From the IMG/VR virus record IMGVR_UViG_3300048072_000021, positions 1 through 41,604 of that record: DNA of 41,604 nt. The stretch is one strand, 5' to 3'. Positions within the stretch are counted from its first letter, which is position 1. Every line of letters starts with the position of its first letter. Below the pieces are notes generated by a model. It had not been told where the DNA came from. It worked only from the letters and a program-made list of their open reading frames with translations, and searched no databases. Positions 1 through 8,653 of the stretch are shown here, piece after piece. The DNA is from a virus. Its lineage: Duplodnaviria > Caudoviricetes. The translations under genes were made by a program, and so were the position numbers.

Positions 1-127
1 GACCGCAACCGATGGACGTCCTATCTGCCAGTTGTCCGAAATCGGATCCCCCTATCCTATTATGCAACGCTATGCGGATACCCTGACCGTTGTCTCTACC
101 GAAAATGACCGGATGATCGCCCGCTTA
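1..127. repeat. 127-bp terminal direct repeat (identical to 41478-41604); circular assembly overlap
   Basis: gaccgcaaccgatgg...cccgctta occurs at both ends; an ORF reads through the junction. Confidence 0.97.
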
Positions 128-219
128 TCCGCTATTCCAGGAGTAGAGTATCTCGGAACCGTTGACGCCCATCTCTTAGAAAACTAACCACCCACACCCA
201 CACAAAGGAAACCCACCCC

Positions 220-372
220 ATGAAAACCCTCATCTGGATCATTCTCGGCACCGCTATTCTGTTTTGCGCCCTCGCCATTGGCACCGGTCTCATGACCGCG
301 GGCGACCTCTTCCAAACCGCAGTCAACACCGCGAGCACCGCGGCAGAATTGACCGCCAACGTTATCAAATAG
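220..372 (+). CDS. small membrane protein, 50 aa (MKTLIWIILGTAILFCALAIG...)
   Basis: Not in ORF track; AAAGGA SD upstream, hydrophobic N-terminal helix, TAG at 370-372. Confidence 0.75.
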   Translation: MKTLIWIILGTAILFCALAIGTGLMTAGDLFQTAVNTASTAAELTANVIK

Positions 373-382
373 GATTGACACC

Positions 383-766
383 ATGCACACCACACACCCT
401 GAACCTCTCCATATTCTCACCTGTGGACATTTCCCTTCCCCGCACTCAGAATTCACCACGGGTTATGGTACTGACCGCGAAGGGCATACCCACTGTTATG
501 AGTGTATCGCGGAACTCGACCGCCAGGACATGATCGCCACCGGAAAAGCCACCCTGTATTTTGAAGAAAAGAAACACACCGTTACCAATTGGCCGGGAAG
601 TTTATCCTTCCCCCTGTACCCTCGTATTGCGAAATCCCGCCACAATTTTGGGATACCCCGCTATGATTATTGGTTCAAAGGGCCAGACGGTTATGTTTGG
701 CATGGTTACACCATTGGCGACATGACACAGATTGCCCACTGCCAACGCACACAGGAAACCCGCTAA
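383..766 (+). CDS. hypothetical early phage protein (CGH...CYEC, possible metal binding)
   Basis: 127-aa ORF, AGGA upstream, tiles with neighbours. Confidence 0.8.
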   Translation: MHTTHPEPLHILTCGHFPSPHSEFTTGYGTDREGHTHCYECIAELDRQDMIATGKATLYFEEKKHTVTNWPGSLSFPLYPRIAKSRHNFGIPRYDYWFKGPDGYVWHGYTIGDMTQIAHCQRTQETR

Positions 767-794
767 TCTAATCACCCTATAAGGACCCGCCCCC

Positions 795-1058
795 ATGAAC
801 GCACAAACTATCTACCACAAAACCGAAACCAAAAACTTTGAACCCTTGACCCTTGACGAGATGAAACAATTATCCGGTCATGTGTGGGGCATGATCGAAA
901 ACCCGCGCCACCCCAAATATGGACGCATGGCCCAAATGAAAGTGACTAGCGTCAAGACATGGAAGCGCCAACCCGCACGCGTGGAAGTACATTGTAAATA
1001 CGGGATGTATGAATACCTCACCTTTACGGAGAGTGAAACCCTTTACAAAGAAGTATAG
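795..1058 (+). CDS. hypothetical early protein
   Basis: TAAGGA SD; 87-aa ORF. Confidence 0.8.
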   Translation: MNAQTIYHKTETKNFEPLTLDEMKQLSGHVWGMIENPRHPKYGRMAQMKVTSVKTWKRQPARVEVHCKYGMYEYLTFTESETLYKEV

Positions 1059-1059
1059 C

Positions 1060-1121
1060 TATTCCTGCCCTCTCAAAGGATACATAACCTCGCGTTGTGT
1101 GTCCCCTAGAGTACAAGAATA
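1060..1121 (+). promoter_or_regulatory. long imperfect intergenic hairpin (possible RNA processing or stability element)
   Basis: tattcctg/caagaata, ctct/agag and ggatacataac/gttgtgtgtcc pair with G-U. Confidence 0.5.
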
Positions 1122-1149
1122 AACCACCCACATAAGGAGAACTCAGAAC

Positions 1150-1443
1150 ATGCAAACTACCGTCACCCTCGCACAATTACAAGATGAAAAATATACCTTC
1201 ATCCAATCGGACTCAGATCTGATCGCCGTCCTTGAATTTGTCGGCTTGCCCCCCACATGGGCCGAGCATATCTCAGGTGCCGTGGTCAAAATCTTAGATG
1301 GAGAATATGGACAAGTCTACTTGTCTGAATCCTCCGCCCCTTACGCCCTTGCCGCATGGTATCACCCCTTGCCCTACTACATGGACACCCACCGCGGCAA
1401 GCAATACCTCCCCGCCTACTGGCAAGAAGAAACGTACCCATGA
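1150..1443 (+). CDS. hypothetical early protein
   Basis: TAAGGAG SD; 97 aa. Confidence 0.8.
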   Translation: MQTTVTLAQLQDEKYTFIQSDSDLIAVLEFVGLPPTWAEHISGAVVKILDGEYGQVYLSESSAPYALAAWYHPLPYYMDTHRGKQYLPAYWQEETYP

Positions 1444-1616
1444 AACGCCCCAACAAATACACCTACCTGTTTATCGTTCAAGGATACTACATCAACCAAT
1501 GGGAAGATGTAGATCAATCCGAGAGCCAACGCGAAGCCCGCGCCAGCCTGAAAGCCTACCGCACCAACGACCCCAAACACGCGTACCGTATGATCTACCG
1601 TCGCGAATTGAACTAA
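1440..1616 (+). CDS. small hypothetical phage protein (MKRPNKYTYLFIVQGYY...WEDV)
   Basis: ATGA overlap with upstream stop; internal start of the 1356..1616 ORF. Confidence 0.75.
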   Translation: MKRPNKYTYLFIVQGYYINQWEDVDQSESQREARASLKAYRTNDPKHAYRMIYRRELN

Positions 1617-1646
1617 CCCACACCCACCCACAAAGGAGATTATCCC

Positions 1647-2039
1647 ATGACCCGCACCCTTGCCCCCGAACTACAAGAAATCTATAGCACCCTCATCAAC
1701 GAGGGCCACGAAGTCTATACCTATACCTTTGCAGGATACACCAACGACGCCGAAGAAATCCTGTGCCTGTGCTGGTACGAAGATGGACGCGTGCTCAATA
1801 TCCAACAATCCACTTGGTACAACGCCCGCTATGCCCGTAATTTATTCACCCTCAGCAATGACTACGTACCCTCACGAGAAAATGGATCGGGATGTCGCCT
1901 ATCCCCCGAAAATACAATGGGCACCCACCCCGCCGACCTCTTGACCTACCGTCACACCCCGACATGGGTACATACCGCCAAACAGTACCGCGATATGTCC
2001 CACTTTTTGAGACTCAATAAACATTACCATAAAATCTAA
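1647..2039 (+). CDS. hypothetical early protein
   Basis: AAAGGAG SD; 130 aa. Confidence 0.8.
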   Translation: MTRTLAPELQEIYSTLINEGHEVYTYTFAGYTNDAEEILCLCWYEDGRVLNIQQSTWYNARYARNLFTLSNDYVPSRENGSGCRLSPENTMGTHPADLLTYRHTPTWVHTAKQYRDMSHFLRLNKHYHKI

Positions 2040-2054
2040 AGGATACCCACCACC

Positions 2055-2363
2055 ATGAACACCCAAGATAAAATCTCCCAATTCGCAGAGCTTTTGCACA
2101 CCGAACAGGTAGCCACCTTGACCAGACGCTACCCCAACATCCCCGATCCTGATCACTATTGCCGAGTCACCGTCACCCCCGCGAAGAAGTATACCCGTGT
2201 AGATGTAGGATCATCCGGTAAATACATGGTCGAGAATGACACCGAAATCATTTATGGTATCAAAGCTTATGGTGTCATCCACCGCGGCCATTCATACGGC
2301 ACCCTTGACACGATCAACGACTGGAAATGGGGCGACTACATTGCCCACCGCAAACCCGCATAA
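2055..2363 (+). CDS. hypothetical phage protein (KKYTRVD...IYGIKAYG)
   Basis: AAAGGA SD; 102 aa. Confidence 0.8.
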   Translation: MNTQDKISQFAELLHTEQVATLTRRYPNIPDPDHYCRVTVTPAKKYTRVDVGSSGKYMVENDTEIIYGIKAYGVIHRGHSYGTLDTINDWKWGDYIAHRKPA

Positions 2364-2452
2364 CCCCGGCTTGCCCGCTCCCCCCGCCCCCCTTCCCCGG
2401 AAGGTGGGCGCACCGAGCAGACAAACCCCACCACACAAGGAGATACAAGACC

Positions 2453-2752
2453 ATGAGAACCCCATACGAAACCCACGCCAGCCACAAGCACCACGTCACC
2501 ACGCACAGCCCGAACGGAATCGATCTCATTGAAGAATGCACCGAATGCCCCGCGCGTTTCCTTGTTCACCACACCGAGCCAGAATTCCCGCGCCAGCTTG
2601 ACCCCTTACCCCCCGCAGAAACGCACCTCAACGGGTATAAAATCAGACGTAATTCATTTTGGACTACCTACCAGGTAAGCCATCCCGCCATTGGATCATG
2701 CGGAGAGTTTACCTTTTATCAAGACGCGATCAACTATTGCAAAGCAGGATAA
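2453..2752 (+). CDS. hypothetical early protein (CTEC)
   Basis: AAGGAG SD before internal ATG of the 2327..2752 ORF. Confidence 0.75.
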   Translation: MRTPYETHASHKHHVTTHSPNGIDLIEECTECPARFLVHHTEPEFPRQLDPLPPAETHLNGYKIRRNSFWTTYQVSHPAIGSCGEFTFYQDAINYCKAG

Positions 2753-2756
2753 CCCC

Positions 2757-2966
2757 ATGAAACGCCACGCCCACACACCCCGCCCCGTATCCATGTTTGC
2801 CGCAACCGCGCAAGACCTCCCGCTTTTTTCTCTCACCCCCATGCGCGCGCAAGAGTCAGTCTACCGCCCAACCCCCGCCACCCGCGCGCCCTCGTTGTTT
2901 GGGTGTGGGATATGCTATGGAACGGGGAGATATAACGGGAAAAAATGCCCGTGTACTTTGAAGTAA
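2757..2966 (+). CDS. small protein with DnaJ-type zinc knuckle (CGICYGTG...CPC)
   Basis: CxxCxGxG motif; AGGA SD. Confidence 0.65.
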   Translation: MKRHAHTPRPVSMFAATAQDLPLFSLTPMRAQESVYRPTPATRAPSLFGCGICYGTGRYNGKKCPCTLK

Positions 2967-2983
2967 AACAAAGGAGATACAAA

Positions 2984-3202
2984 GTGACTACCCCCACCCT
3001 TTACGCCCGACGCGTACCCGCAAATGACGAGATGAAATCCTCGTACCCCGCCGAACTCAACGACAAAGAAGATACCATCTTGACCCACGAATACGACAGC
3101 CCAGAGATTGCCCGCTTCCCGTGGAATAGACCCCTCCGCGTACTAGCCCCAGAAGTCACCATAAACGGCAGTCATTACCGCCTGATATGGAGAACGGACT
3201 AA
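2984..3202 (+). CDS. hypothetical early protein (GTG start)
   Basis: AAAGGAG SD 7 nt upstream of GTG. Confidence 0.7.
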   Translation: MTTPTLYARRVPANDEMKSSYPAELNDKEDTILTHEYDSPEIARFPWNRPLRVLAPEVTINGSHYRLIWRTD

Positions 3203-3275
3203 CCCCATCTACCCCCGGTCGTGTGCAGTACTTGCAACATGGCCGGATAAACTATCTTTATTTTAAGGAGAACCC

Positions 3276-3491
3276 ATGCCCACCCCCGACCTTGACCACC
3301 TCATGCACCACGCCGACCTGCCAAGCGAGACACAGACCGCCCTTGAACGTGCGTTCAATGCGCTCACTCAGGCTGAACGCACCCACGCGGCTACCCCCAC
3401 CCTTGAAACGGCCCAGGCGTTAGCCCAGGCTGAAAACCATTATCAGATCGCCCTCGCAAATAAGCGGGCGCTCTCACCCAAAGGAGCATGA
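3276..3491 (+). CDS. small helical protein
   Basis: TAAGGAG SD; 71 aa. Confidence 0.75.
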   Translation: MPTPDLDHLMHHADLPSETQTALERAFNALTQAERTHAATPTLETAQALAQAENHYQIALANKRALSPKGA

Positions 3492-3676
3492 ACATGCACC
3501 CTACCCCCGCCTACGGCATTCCCAACCTGGATGCCCGCATCAAGCAAGCCGAAGCCATGCTCGATATGGCCCGCGCCCTGGCTAAACGGGAGCCTACCCC
3601 CGAACACACCCACGCGGTCACGCGTTGGGAAATCCACTACAATGATTTGCTCGAAAAGAAAAAGGTGAACCCATGA
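3488..3676 (+). CDS. small helical protein, probable paralogue of 3276..3491
   Basis: AAGGAG SD, ATGA overlap; shared PTxE...ExHY...LxxK pattern. Confidence 0.7.
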   Translation: MNMHPTPAYGIPNLDARIKQAEAMLDMARALAKREPTPEHTHAVTRWEIHYNDLLEKKKVNP

Positions 3677-4110
3677 AAGGCGACTTCTACCCCACCGACT
3701 CAGACGACAACGACCCTACCCCCGGCCCCTCGTGGTTGTGGCTGTGGATTGTCCTCGTCACAATGGCTCTGATCTATATCCTTGTTTCCGTTGGACATTG
3801 GGTGTTTAGTTGGGTCTTTGCCCCCGCCCTTACCTTACCCGCAGGTGCGTGCGTGGCACCCCTATGCGCCTTAATCTTTCGTCCCCGGTTCGTGGCAAAT
3901 GTCATGGACACGGAAGGCAACCGCGTCCACACCGCCTACCCCTACCACGATCTTCACGTCAAGCCGGAACCCATCCACGAAGAAGGCAGGGTACTTTATG
4001 AAACCAGCGGCTCAACCTGGCGCGGCAATCAGAACCAGCGCACGTTTATCGTGTATGCCTTCCAAGATACAAATGGCAATTGGGTCCACTGTGGAAACCT
4101 GGACGGGTAA
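3673..4110 (+). CDS. membrane protein
   Basis: AAGGTG SD; hydrophobic segment WLWLWIVLVTMALIYILVSV. Confidence 0.6.
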   Translation: MKGDFYPTDSDDNDPTPGPSWLWLWIVLVTMALIYILVSVGHWVFSWVFAPALTLPAGACVAPLCALIFRPRFVANVMDTEGNRVHTAYPYHDLHVKPEPIHEEGRVLYETSGSTWRGNQNQRTFIVYAFQDTNGNWVHCGNLDG

Positions 4111-4133
4111 GCAACCCCCACGAGACTACCCCC

Positions 4134-4164
4134 ACCCCCGGCTAACTACCGGGGGTTTTTGTTT
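4134..4164 (+). terminator. Rho-independent terminator ending the early operon
   Basis: acccccgg-ctaacta-ccgggggt followed by T-run, at convergence of + and - operons. Confidence 0.85.
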
Positions 4165-4769
4165 GCCAGCACACGGGCCAGCGCCACCATCCCCGGGGTC
4201 ATTTCCCCGTTCAGGAGCACGTCACATGCCCGCAGTCTTGCCCCCATCTCAGACTGCCTATTCACCCACTCAGGATGATCCGCTTCCGCCTGAATGATGC
4301 GGGCTTCGAGCTTGCGCCGCTTCACTTCGACCTGGATGGCTTGGACGGTAGCCAAAGCCCTACAATCTGGATCGTCAGTAGCTTTAGACCAGGCCATCAC
4401 CCATTCGCACATCTCCTCTGCCCGGTCGAGTTGTTCTTCCATGTCCTCAACCAGCAAGGCCCACCCCAGGATGGCCCGGAATTGGGAACGAGATAAGGGG
4501 TAACGCTCGCGCAAGACAGGCGGGATGTGGGTTGATAACCAATGGCAACCGCGCAAGGTGCTGATGCTTTCCCCCACCTTCGACACCGCCCGGTACAAGT
4601 CAGCGGCCTTCTCGTAGTGGACCGCATCCTCGGCCAACTGATCGCCAAGACTCCACCGCGCCGCATCCCCCATCGCCACAAGCGCGGCATAGAGGGACAG
4701 GTCAGGGGTATGTGTTGCATGTGGAACATCAAACACGGCCAAACCACCTGAGAATATCTTCCGTTTCAT
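4146..4769 (-). CDS. putative DNA-binding protein (LmbU-like HTH region)
   Basis: WSLGD...Y...SISTLRGCHWLS...R...LSRSQF resembles the LmbU-type motif seen in phage proteins. Confidence 0.5.
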   Translation of the reverse strand: MKRKIFSGGLAVFDVPHATHTPDLSLYAALVAMGDAARWSLGDQLAEDAVHYEKAADLYRAVSKVGESISTLRGCHWLSTHIPPVLRERYPLSRSQFRAILGWALLVEDMEEQLDRAEEMCEWVMAWSKATDDPDCRALATVQAIQVEVKRRKLEARIIQAEADHPEWVNRQSEMGARLRACDVLLNGEMTPGMVALARVLANKNPR

Positions 4770-5043
4770 ACGCCATGATCAAGTTGTCGAAGTGAAAGCG
4801 TTCCCAATACTTCGCCTCCGCAGGCGTAAGCGCGTCCATGCCCTTCGCTCGCAGTTCGGTCCGCTTGATTTCTACCCGTACACTCACGGCGCGGGCTAAC
4901 CAGGACGGAAGGCCAGTCACCACAACATCGTAAAGCCCAGGGACGGAGCAGACATCATCCACCTCGTACCCGTAGGCTAACAGTTCTTCCTTGATGGCAT
5001 TGTGGTTGCTATCTTTGTGCGTACCTTTGCGATCATGCGCCAT
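4729..5043 (-). CDS. VRR-NUC / PD-(D/E)XK Holliday junction resolvase-like nuclease
   Basis: DSNHNAIKEEL...GLYDVVV...RVEIK...LTPAEAKYW; start reassigned to MAHDRK. Confidence 0.75.
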   Translation of the reverse strand: MAHDRKGTHKDSNHNAIKEELLAYGYEVDDVCSVPGLYDVVVTGLPSWLARAVSVRVEIKRTELRAKGMDALTPAEAKYWERFHFDNLIMAYETEDILRWFGRV

Positions 5044-5440
5044 GTCCAAACACCTTTGTGCCGCCCTGTTCCCAATTGGAGAGCAGTCTATTCTCTGGAT
5101 AATCAGGGTTACTCTTGTGCACTTGCAAGCAAGCAGGGCACACAGGCCGCGCCGCGAGCGCATGTCCACTTACCTTGCGACTCCCCTCGCACTTGGCCGG
5201 ACATAAGTTCTCCCACGCACTCCACATATCTACGTAGCGCGTCACCACCTCGCCCTTCTTATTCTTTTCTTGCACTCTTACCTTCTCCCACTTCCGCACC
5301 TGGATATGGCCGGGGCTGTCATCTGGCACGACAGAAATCTCGACCTTCTTGGGGTCAACTAAGCGCGCGTCAATCCCTGGCATGAGGGCTTGAGTGCGGA
5401 CGACGAGGGGGTAGTTGTAGCGAAACTCATAAGTGTTCAT
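5033..5440 (-). CDS. hypothetical protein with two Cys pairs (possible zinc finger)
   Basis: CPAKC and CPAC; AAGGAG SD. Confidence 0.65.
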   Translation of the reverse strand: MNTYEFRYNYPLVVRTQALMPGIDARLVDPKKVEISVVPDDSPGHIQVRKWEKVRVQEKNKKGEVVTRYVDMWSAWENLCPAKCEGSRKVSGHALAARPVCPACLQVHKSNPDYPENRLLSNWEQGGTKVFGHGA

Positions 5441-5643
5441 CGGTTCTCTCCTTTGCTCTTGCGTAGTTCCCTACGCAGTTTGATAATTTCTTTACTCTGA
5501 TCGCGGACAGTCACCTCTAACCTGACCGCGTAGTTCAAAAGTCTGTGCGCCATCCATGCGTTGATGCGCTTCTGTTTATGATCCAACAACCGCGCCACCG
5601 CCAGCACGACATCTATTGCGAAGTGTTCGTTGGAAAGTTTCAT
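5437..5643 (-). CDS. hypothetical coiled-coil protein (MKLSNEH...)
   Basis: AAGGAG SD before internal ATG. Confidence 0.65.
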   Translation of the reverse strand: MKLSNEHFAIDVVLAVARLLDHKQKRINAWMAHRLLNYAVRLEVTVRDQSKEIIKLRRELRKSKGENR

Positions 5644-5831
5644 AGTTCTCCTTGTGTCTTCGCCTTCAACGTGGCGATAATCTCGCAGGACGACCTCCGG
5701 TTCAGGTCCCGTTGTTGCGTGAGGATCCAAATGCAAAAGGTACTGATGCCTAGGGCTTGTTCGGTCGCGTGCCACAGGTGTTCCGCATGCTTGAGCAGGG
5801 CAAGTTCCTCATCCGTGAGCGGGGTCATCAC
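5640..5831 (-). CDS. hypothetical protein
   Basis: Tiles between neighbours with coupled start/stop. Confidence 0.6.
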   Translation of the reverse strand: MMTPLTDEELALLKHAEHLWHATEQALGISTFCIWILTQQRDLNRRSSCEIIATLKAKTQGEL

Positions 5832-6020
5832 TCAATCTCCCGAGGCCCAAGCCATCAAGGAGAAGATCATTCCTAGTATTGCGAAAAGAACCGCGACCGC
5901 CAAGAGCGGGGTAAGAGCTTCTATCTCGAAACGCGGAAACACCTTATCAAGAGTGACACACGCGGCGATAAATGCCACTCCCAAAAAACCTATCTTTGCG
6001 AATTGTTCGGACGTTTTCAT
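5832..6020 (-). CDS. small two-TM membrane protein
   Basis: AAGGAG SD; two hydrophobic segments. Confidence 0.7.
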   Translation of the reverse strand: MKTSEQFAKIGFLGVAFIAACVTLDKVFPRFEIEALTPLLAVAVLFAILGMIFSLMAWASGD

Positions 6021-6033
6021 TTGCGATCTCCTT

Positions 6034-7314
6034 CTAATTGAACTTCACGGTTTTCCATTGCTCACTCCGGGCCGTGAACCATTGGCGTTCGATGTGGTAG
6101 TCCAGGCGTACCACTTGGTTGCGCACGTCATCCCTGAACTTCCCGACGATCAATTCAGTCGGCTTGATCGGGGAGGTGGTCGGGGTATAGTAGTCGTCCC
6201 GATGTAAGAAGATGACGTTATCCGCGTTCTCCTCCAGGTGCCCACTCTCTCGCAAGTCGGCCAAGCCAGGGCGCTTATCTTCCCGACTTTCTAACCCGCG
6301 ATTGAGTTGGGTCAGGACCAGGGCATGGGCGTTGTATTCTTTCGCCGCCTCCTTCAACCGAGACGACATCACGCCAAGCCGGGTCAGTTCGTCCCGCCCC
6401 GTATCCCGCAACCAGCGCAGGTGATCCACGACCAGCAGATCGGGGCGCACATGGGACATCTCTCGCCACACCGAGGTGACCGTATTGGGGCGCTCATTCA
6501 CCCATAGATAATCCTTGTACTCCCCCATCAACTCAACCGCAATCCGGTACACTTCCGCTTTCTGGTCCGGGGTCGCCGTGCCCTTCCGCAAATCTCGCCA
6601 ACGCACCCCGGCCTTGCCGCACGCGGTCCTCGCCCATAAGGAGATGGCCGAGGACTCTAAGGTGAAGAACAGCGCCCGGCCTCCACTCTGTGCCACCATC
6701 TGCGCCGCTTGCCAGGCCCAGGCCGTTTTCCCCATACTTGGCCTTGCGGCCAGGATCGTCATGCCTTGCCGCTCTAAGCCCCCGGTCGCTTCATCAAATC
6801 CGCCGACATGGATCGGGAGTGACCGGCCTTCGACATGATCCAGGGCGGTCATGAAATGTTCCAGGCTGACATGCGCCGGCAGGGATTCGGCCTTGCCCCC
6901 CTGTTTACTCTCTGCAAATTGCCGCCTAAGATGTTCGATGCGCTCCCCTTCCCCTTTTCCCAGGGCGACCGCCATCTGCACGGCCAACCCCGCGAGGTGG
7001 GAGTAGTACGCGGCTTGCTCCATCTGGTGCGCGTACTCCCGCACATCCGCAAAGTCAGGGACCTCGAACAGCCACCCACTCAGCGCCTTATGGAAGCCAG
7101 GGCTGACTGCTTGCGCCGCGGCGATGAGACTGTCCCCCGCTTTGAGGCGCGCCCAAAAGGTGCGGACCTCTAAGGTGGGGATGACTTCGGGTTCGAGCCA
7201 GCCCACTTCCCTGAGCGCGGTAGTGGGGTCGAGGGCCACCGTTGCCGCAAACAAGCGGGCGTAACTGGCCGCGACTTGCGCGGTGCTTTCCTCAAGCGAC
7301 GGGTTGTTGGTCAT
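6034..7314 (-). CDS. dnaB: replicative DNA helicase, DnaB family
   Basis: Walker A AARPSMGKT, LLVVDHL, LTQLNR, RPGLADLRESGHLEENAD, KFRD. Confidence 0.95.
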   Translation of the reverse strand: MTNNPSLEESTAQVAASYARLFAATVALDPTTALREVGWLEPEVIPTLEVRTFWARLKAGDSLIAAAQAVSPGFHKALSGWLFEVPDFADVREYAHQMEQAAYYSHLAGLAVQMAVALGKGEGERIEHLRRQFAESKQGGKAESLPAHVSLEHFMTALDHVEGRSLPIHVGGFDEATGGLERQGMTILAARPSMGKTAWAWQAAQMVAQSGGRALFFTLESSAISLWARTACGKAGVRWRDLRKGTATPDQKAEVYRIAVELMGEYKDYLWVNERPNTVTSVWREMSHVRPDLLVVDHLRWLRDTGRDELTRLGVMSSRLKEAAKEYNAHALVLTQLNRGLESREDKRPGLADLRESGHLEENADNVIFLHRDDYYTPTTSPIKPTELIVGKFRDDVRNQVVRLDYHIERQWFTARSEQWKTVKFN

Positions 7315-7495
7315 GGGTTACTCCGGGGGTTTCCCAATATGGTTTCAGGCGGGCATCAAAAGCCAGGTTGCACCCGTTGAGCACCCGCAGATACTCCGTT
7401 CGCCACGCCGCTTCACAGGCAGGCGACTCAAGCCAGGTCTGGATGCGATCCCATTCGGGATCAGCTTCGCGTAAAGTAGTCTTGGAGGTTGGCAT
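7292..7495 (-). CDS. hypothetical protein between initiator and helicase
   Basis: GAGGAG SD, TGATG coupling. Confidence 0.6.
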   Translation of the reverse strand: MPTSKTTLREADPEWDRIQTWLESPACEAAWRTEYLRVLNGCNLAFDARLKPYWETPGVTHDQQPVA

Positions 7496-8295
7496 CAATG
7501 CTCCTCTGTGTATTGGACAGGTTGCGTGGGCTTGGGCGCGTGGCCGTTTTGTTTCAGAGGAAACAGACCCAACCATCCCGCGGTCATGCTCTGTTCCATG
7601 ATGGCAATAGCATCCTCACCTTGATCCAGAAGGAACTTGATTTGCTTGTTCCGGGTGGTCGGGGTCAACTTCTTCTTTCGCTCTACTCGATATGCTTCCC
7701 ACTCGTACCACTTATCCATCATTGCAGGTTTGGAATAAAAGCCCGCAATCATCTGTTGTTCAGGAGAGATGGGCGCTGGTGTCTCCGCATACTCCTTCCG
7801 CTCTCCAAAGATAACAATACCATTGGCTCCGGTGGGCGGCGCGCCGATAGGCGCAGACTCTTTTATATCAGGAGAAGTCTCAGGAGAAGTCTCAGTTTCA
7901 TTTAAGATCGTACCAACTTGAGATGATCCATCGTTCCAAGTTGGTATCTCCGATTGTACCAACTTGGTATATTCGATGGTGTACCACTTGGTTTGGTTCC
8001 AGTCGTTCGCTTCTGGCTTACGAGAAAGAAGATAGCCATCCTTCTCTAGCTTGCGAAAGATGCGCCCGATGGTGTTGGCTGACCAGAAGGGGAAATTCAG
8101 ATCGCGCCAGTCAACGTATGTCCCGTATGTCCACCACCTACCATCAATAAACTTCTTGTCTATCTTGTTGCGCTCGGCGCTCAATAGCCAATAGTGTACT
8201 TGTTGGAGAACGATAGACTCGTTCAGTCCCACGCGCACCGCTAAGGTTGGGAGAATGAGGAGGGGGTACTCATCCAGGAGGAGTTTCGCACTCAT
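7495..8295 (-). CDS. phage replication initiator (N-terminal winged helix)
   Basis: LLLDEYPLLILPTLAVRVGLNESIVLQQVHYW...FPFWSANTIGRIFRKLEKDGYL...WNQTKWYTI; upstream of dnaB; GAGGAG SD. Confidence 0.85.
   Translation of the reverse strand: MSAKLLLDEYPLLILPTLAVRVGLNESIVLQQVHYWLLSAERNKIDKKFIDGRWWTYGTYVDWRDLNFPFWSANTIGRIFRKLEKDGYLLSRKPEANDWNQTKWYTIEYTKLVQSEIPTWNDGSSQVGTILNETETSPETSPDIKESAPIGAPPTGANGIVIFGERKEYAETPAPISPEQQMIAGFYSKPAMMDKWYEWEAYRVERKKKLTPTTRNKQIKFLLDQGEDAIAIMEQSMTAGWLGLFPLKQNGHAPKPTQPVQYTEEH
7868..7991. promoter_or_regulatory. putative replication origin iterons inside the initiator gene
   Basis: TACCAACTTG at 7911 and 7957, exact inverse at 7937, TACCACTTG at 7982, tandem TCAGGAGAAGTC x2 at 7868. 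Confidence 0.65.
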
Positions 8296-8297
8296 GG

Positions 8298-8534
8298 TTA
8301 CTCCTCGAACTTGGCGATGATCTCGTTCACCAGCGCGCTGGCGGTCCACTTGGGGGCGAACTCAGGTAATGGGGCGTTACGCTTCTCGATCAACGCCTTG
8401 ATCTTGCGCCGGTTCTCCGCCGTAATAGAGTAACCAGGGTTGCGCGCATCACTCTTGTCAGCACGCGGCAACATATGAGGGGGGAGGGGCGACTTACGTT
8501 CGTATTTTCGTTTGGGGTTTTCGTTGGTTTCCAT
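8298..8534 (-). CDS. small putative DNA-binding regulator (possible ribbon-helix-helix), probably leaderless
   Basis: YSITAENRRKIKAL...TASALVNEII; first gene of operon, ATG 7 nt from the -10 box, no SD in transcript. Confidence 0.55.
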   Translation of the reverse strand: METNENPKRKYERKSPLPPHMLPRADKSDARNPGYSITAENRRKIKALIEKRNAPLPEFAPKWTASALVNEIIAKFEE

Positions 8535-8541
8535 GCGCACT

Positions 8542-8570
8542 ATGATACTCCCTGGCGTGGGCATTGTCAA
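8542..8570 (-). promoter_or_regulatory. sigma70-type promoter of the replication operon
   Basis: TTGACA-17-TATCAT. Confidence 0.85.
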
Positions 8571-8594
8571 GTACGCAATTTATAAATTTGGATA

Positions 8595-8623
8595 TTGACA
8601 CGCACCACGAAAGAGTTTATACT
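8595..8623 (+). promoter_or_regulatory. sigma70-type promoter of the middle/recombination operon
   Basis: TTGACA-17-TATACT. Confidence 0.85.
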
Positions 8624-8653
8624 AGGGGTACATTCAAACAAAGGAGTACGAAA

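Noticed and set aside
1-127. Biological terminal repeat or att site
   Set aside because: 127 bp equals a common assembler k-mer overlap and falls in the middle of an ORF; treated as a circularisation artefact
375-403. TTGACA as an internal early promoter (also at 2304)
   Set aside because: No acceptable -10 hexamer at 16-18 bp
5545-6207. 220-aa plus-strand ORF
   Set aside because: Antisense to dnaB and small SD-bearing genes; no motif
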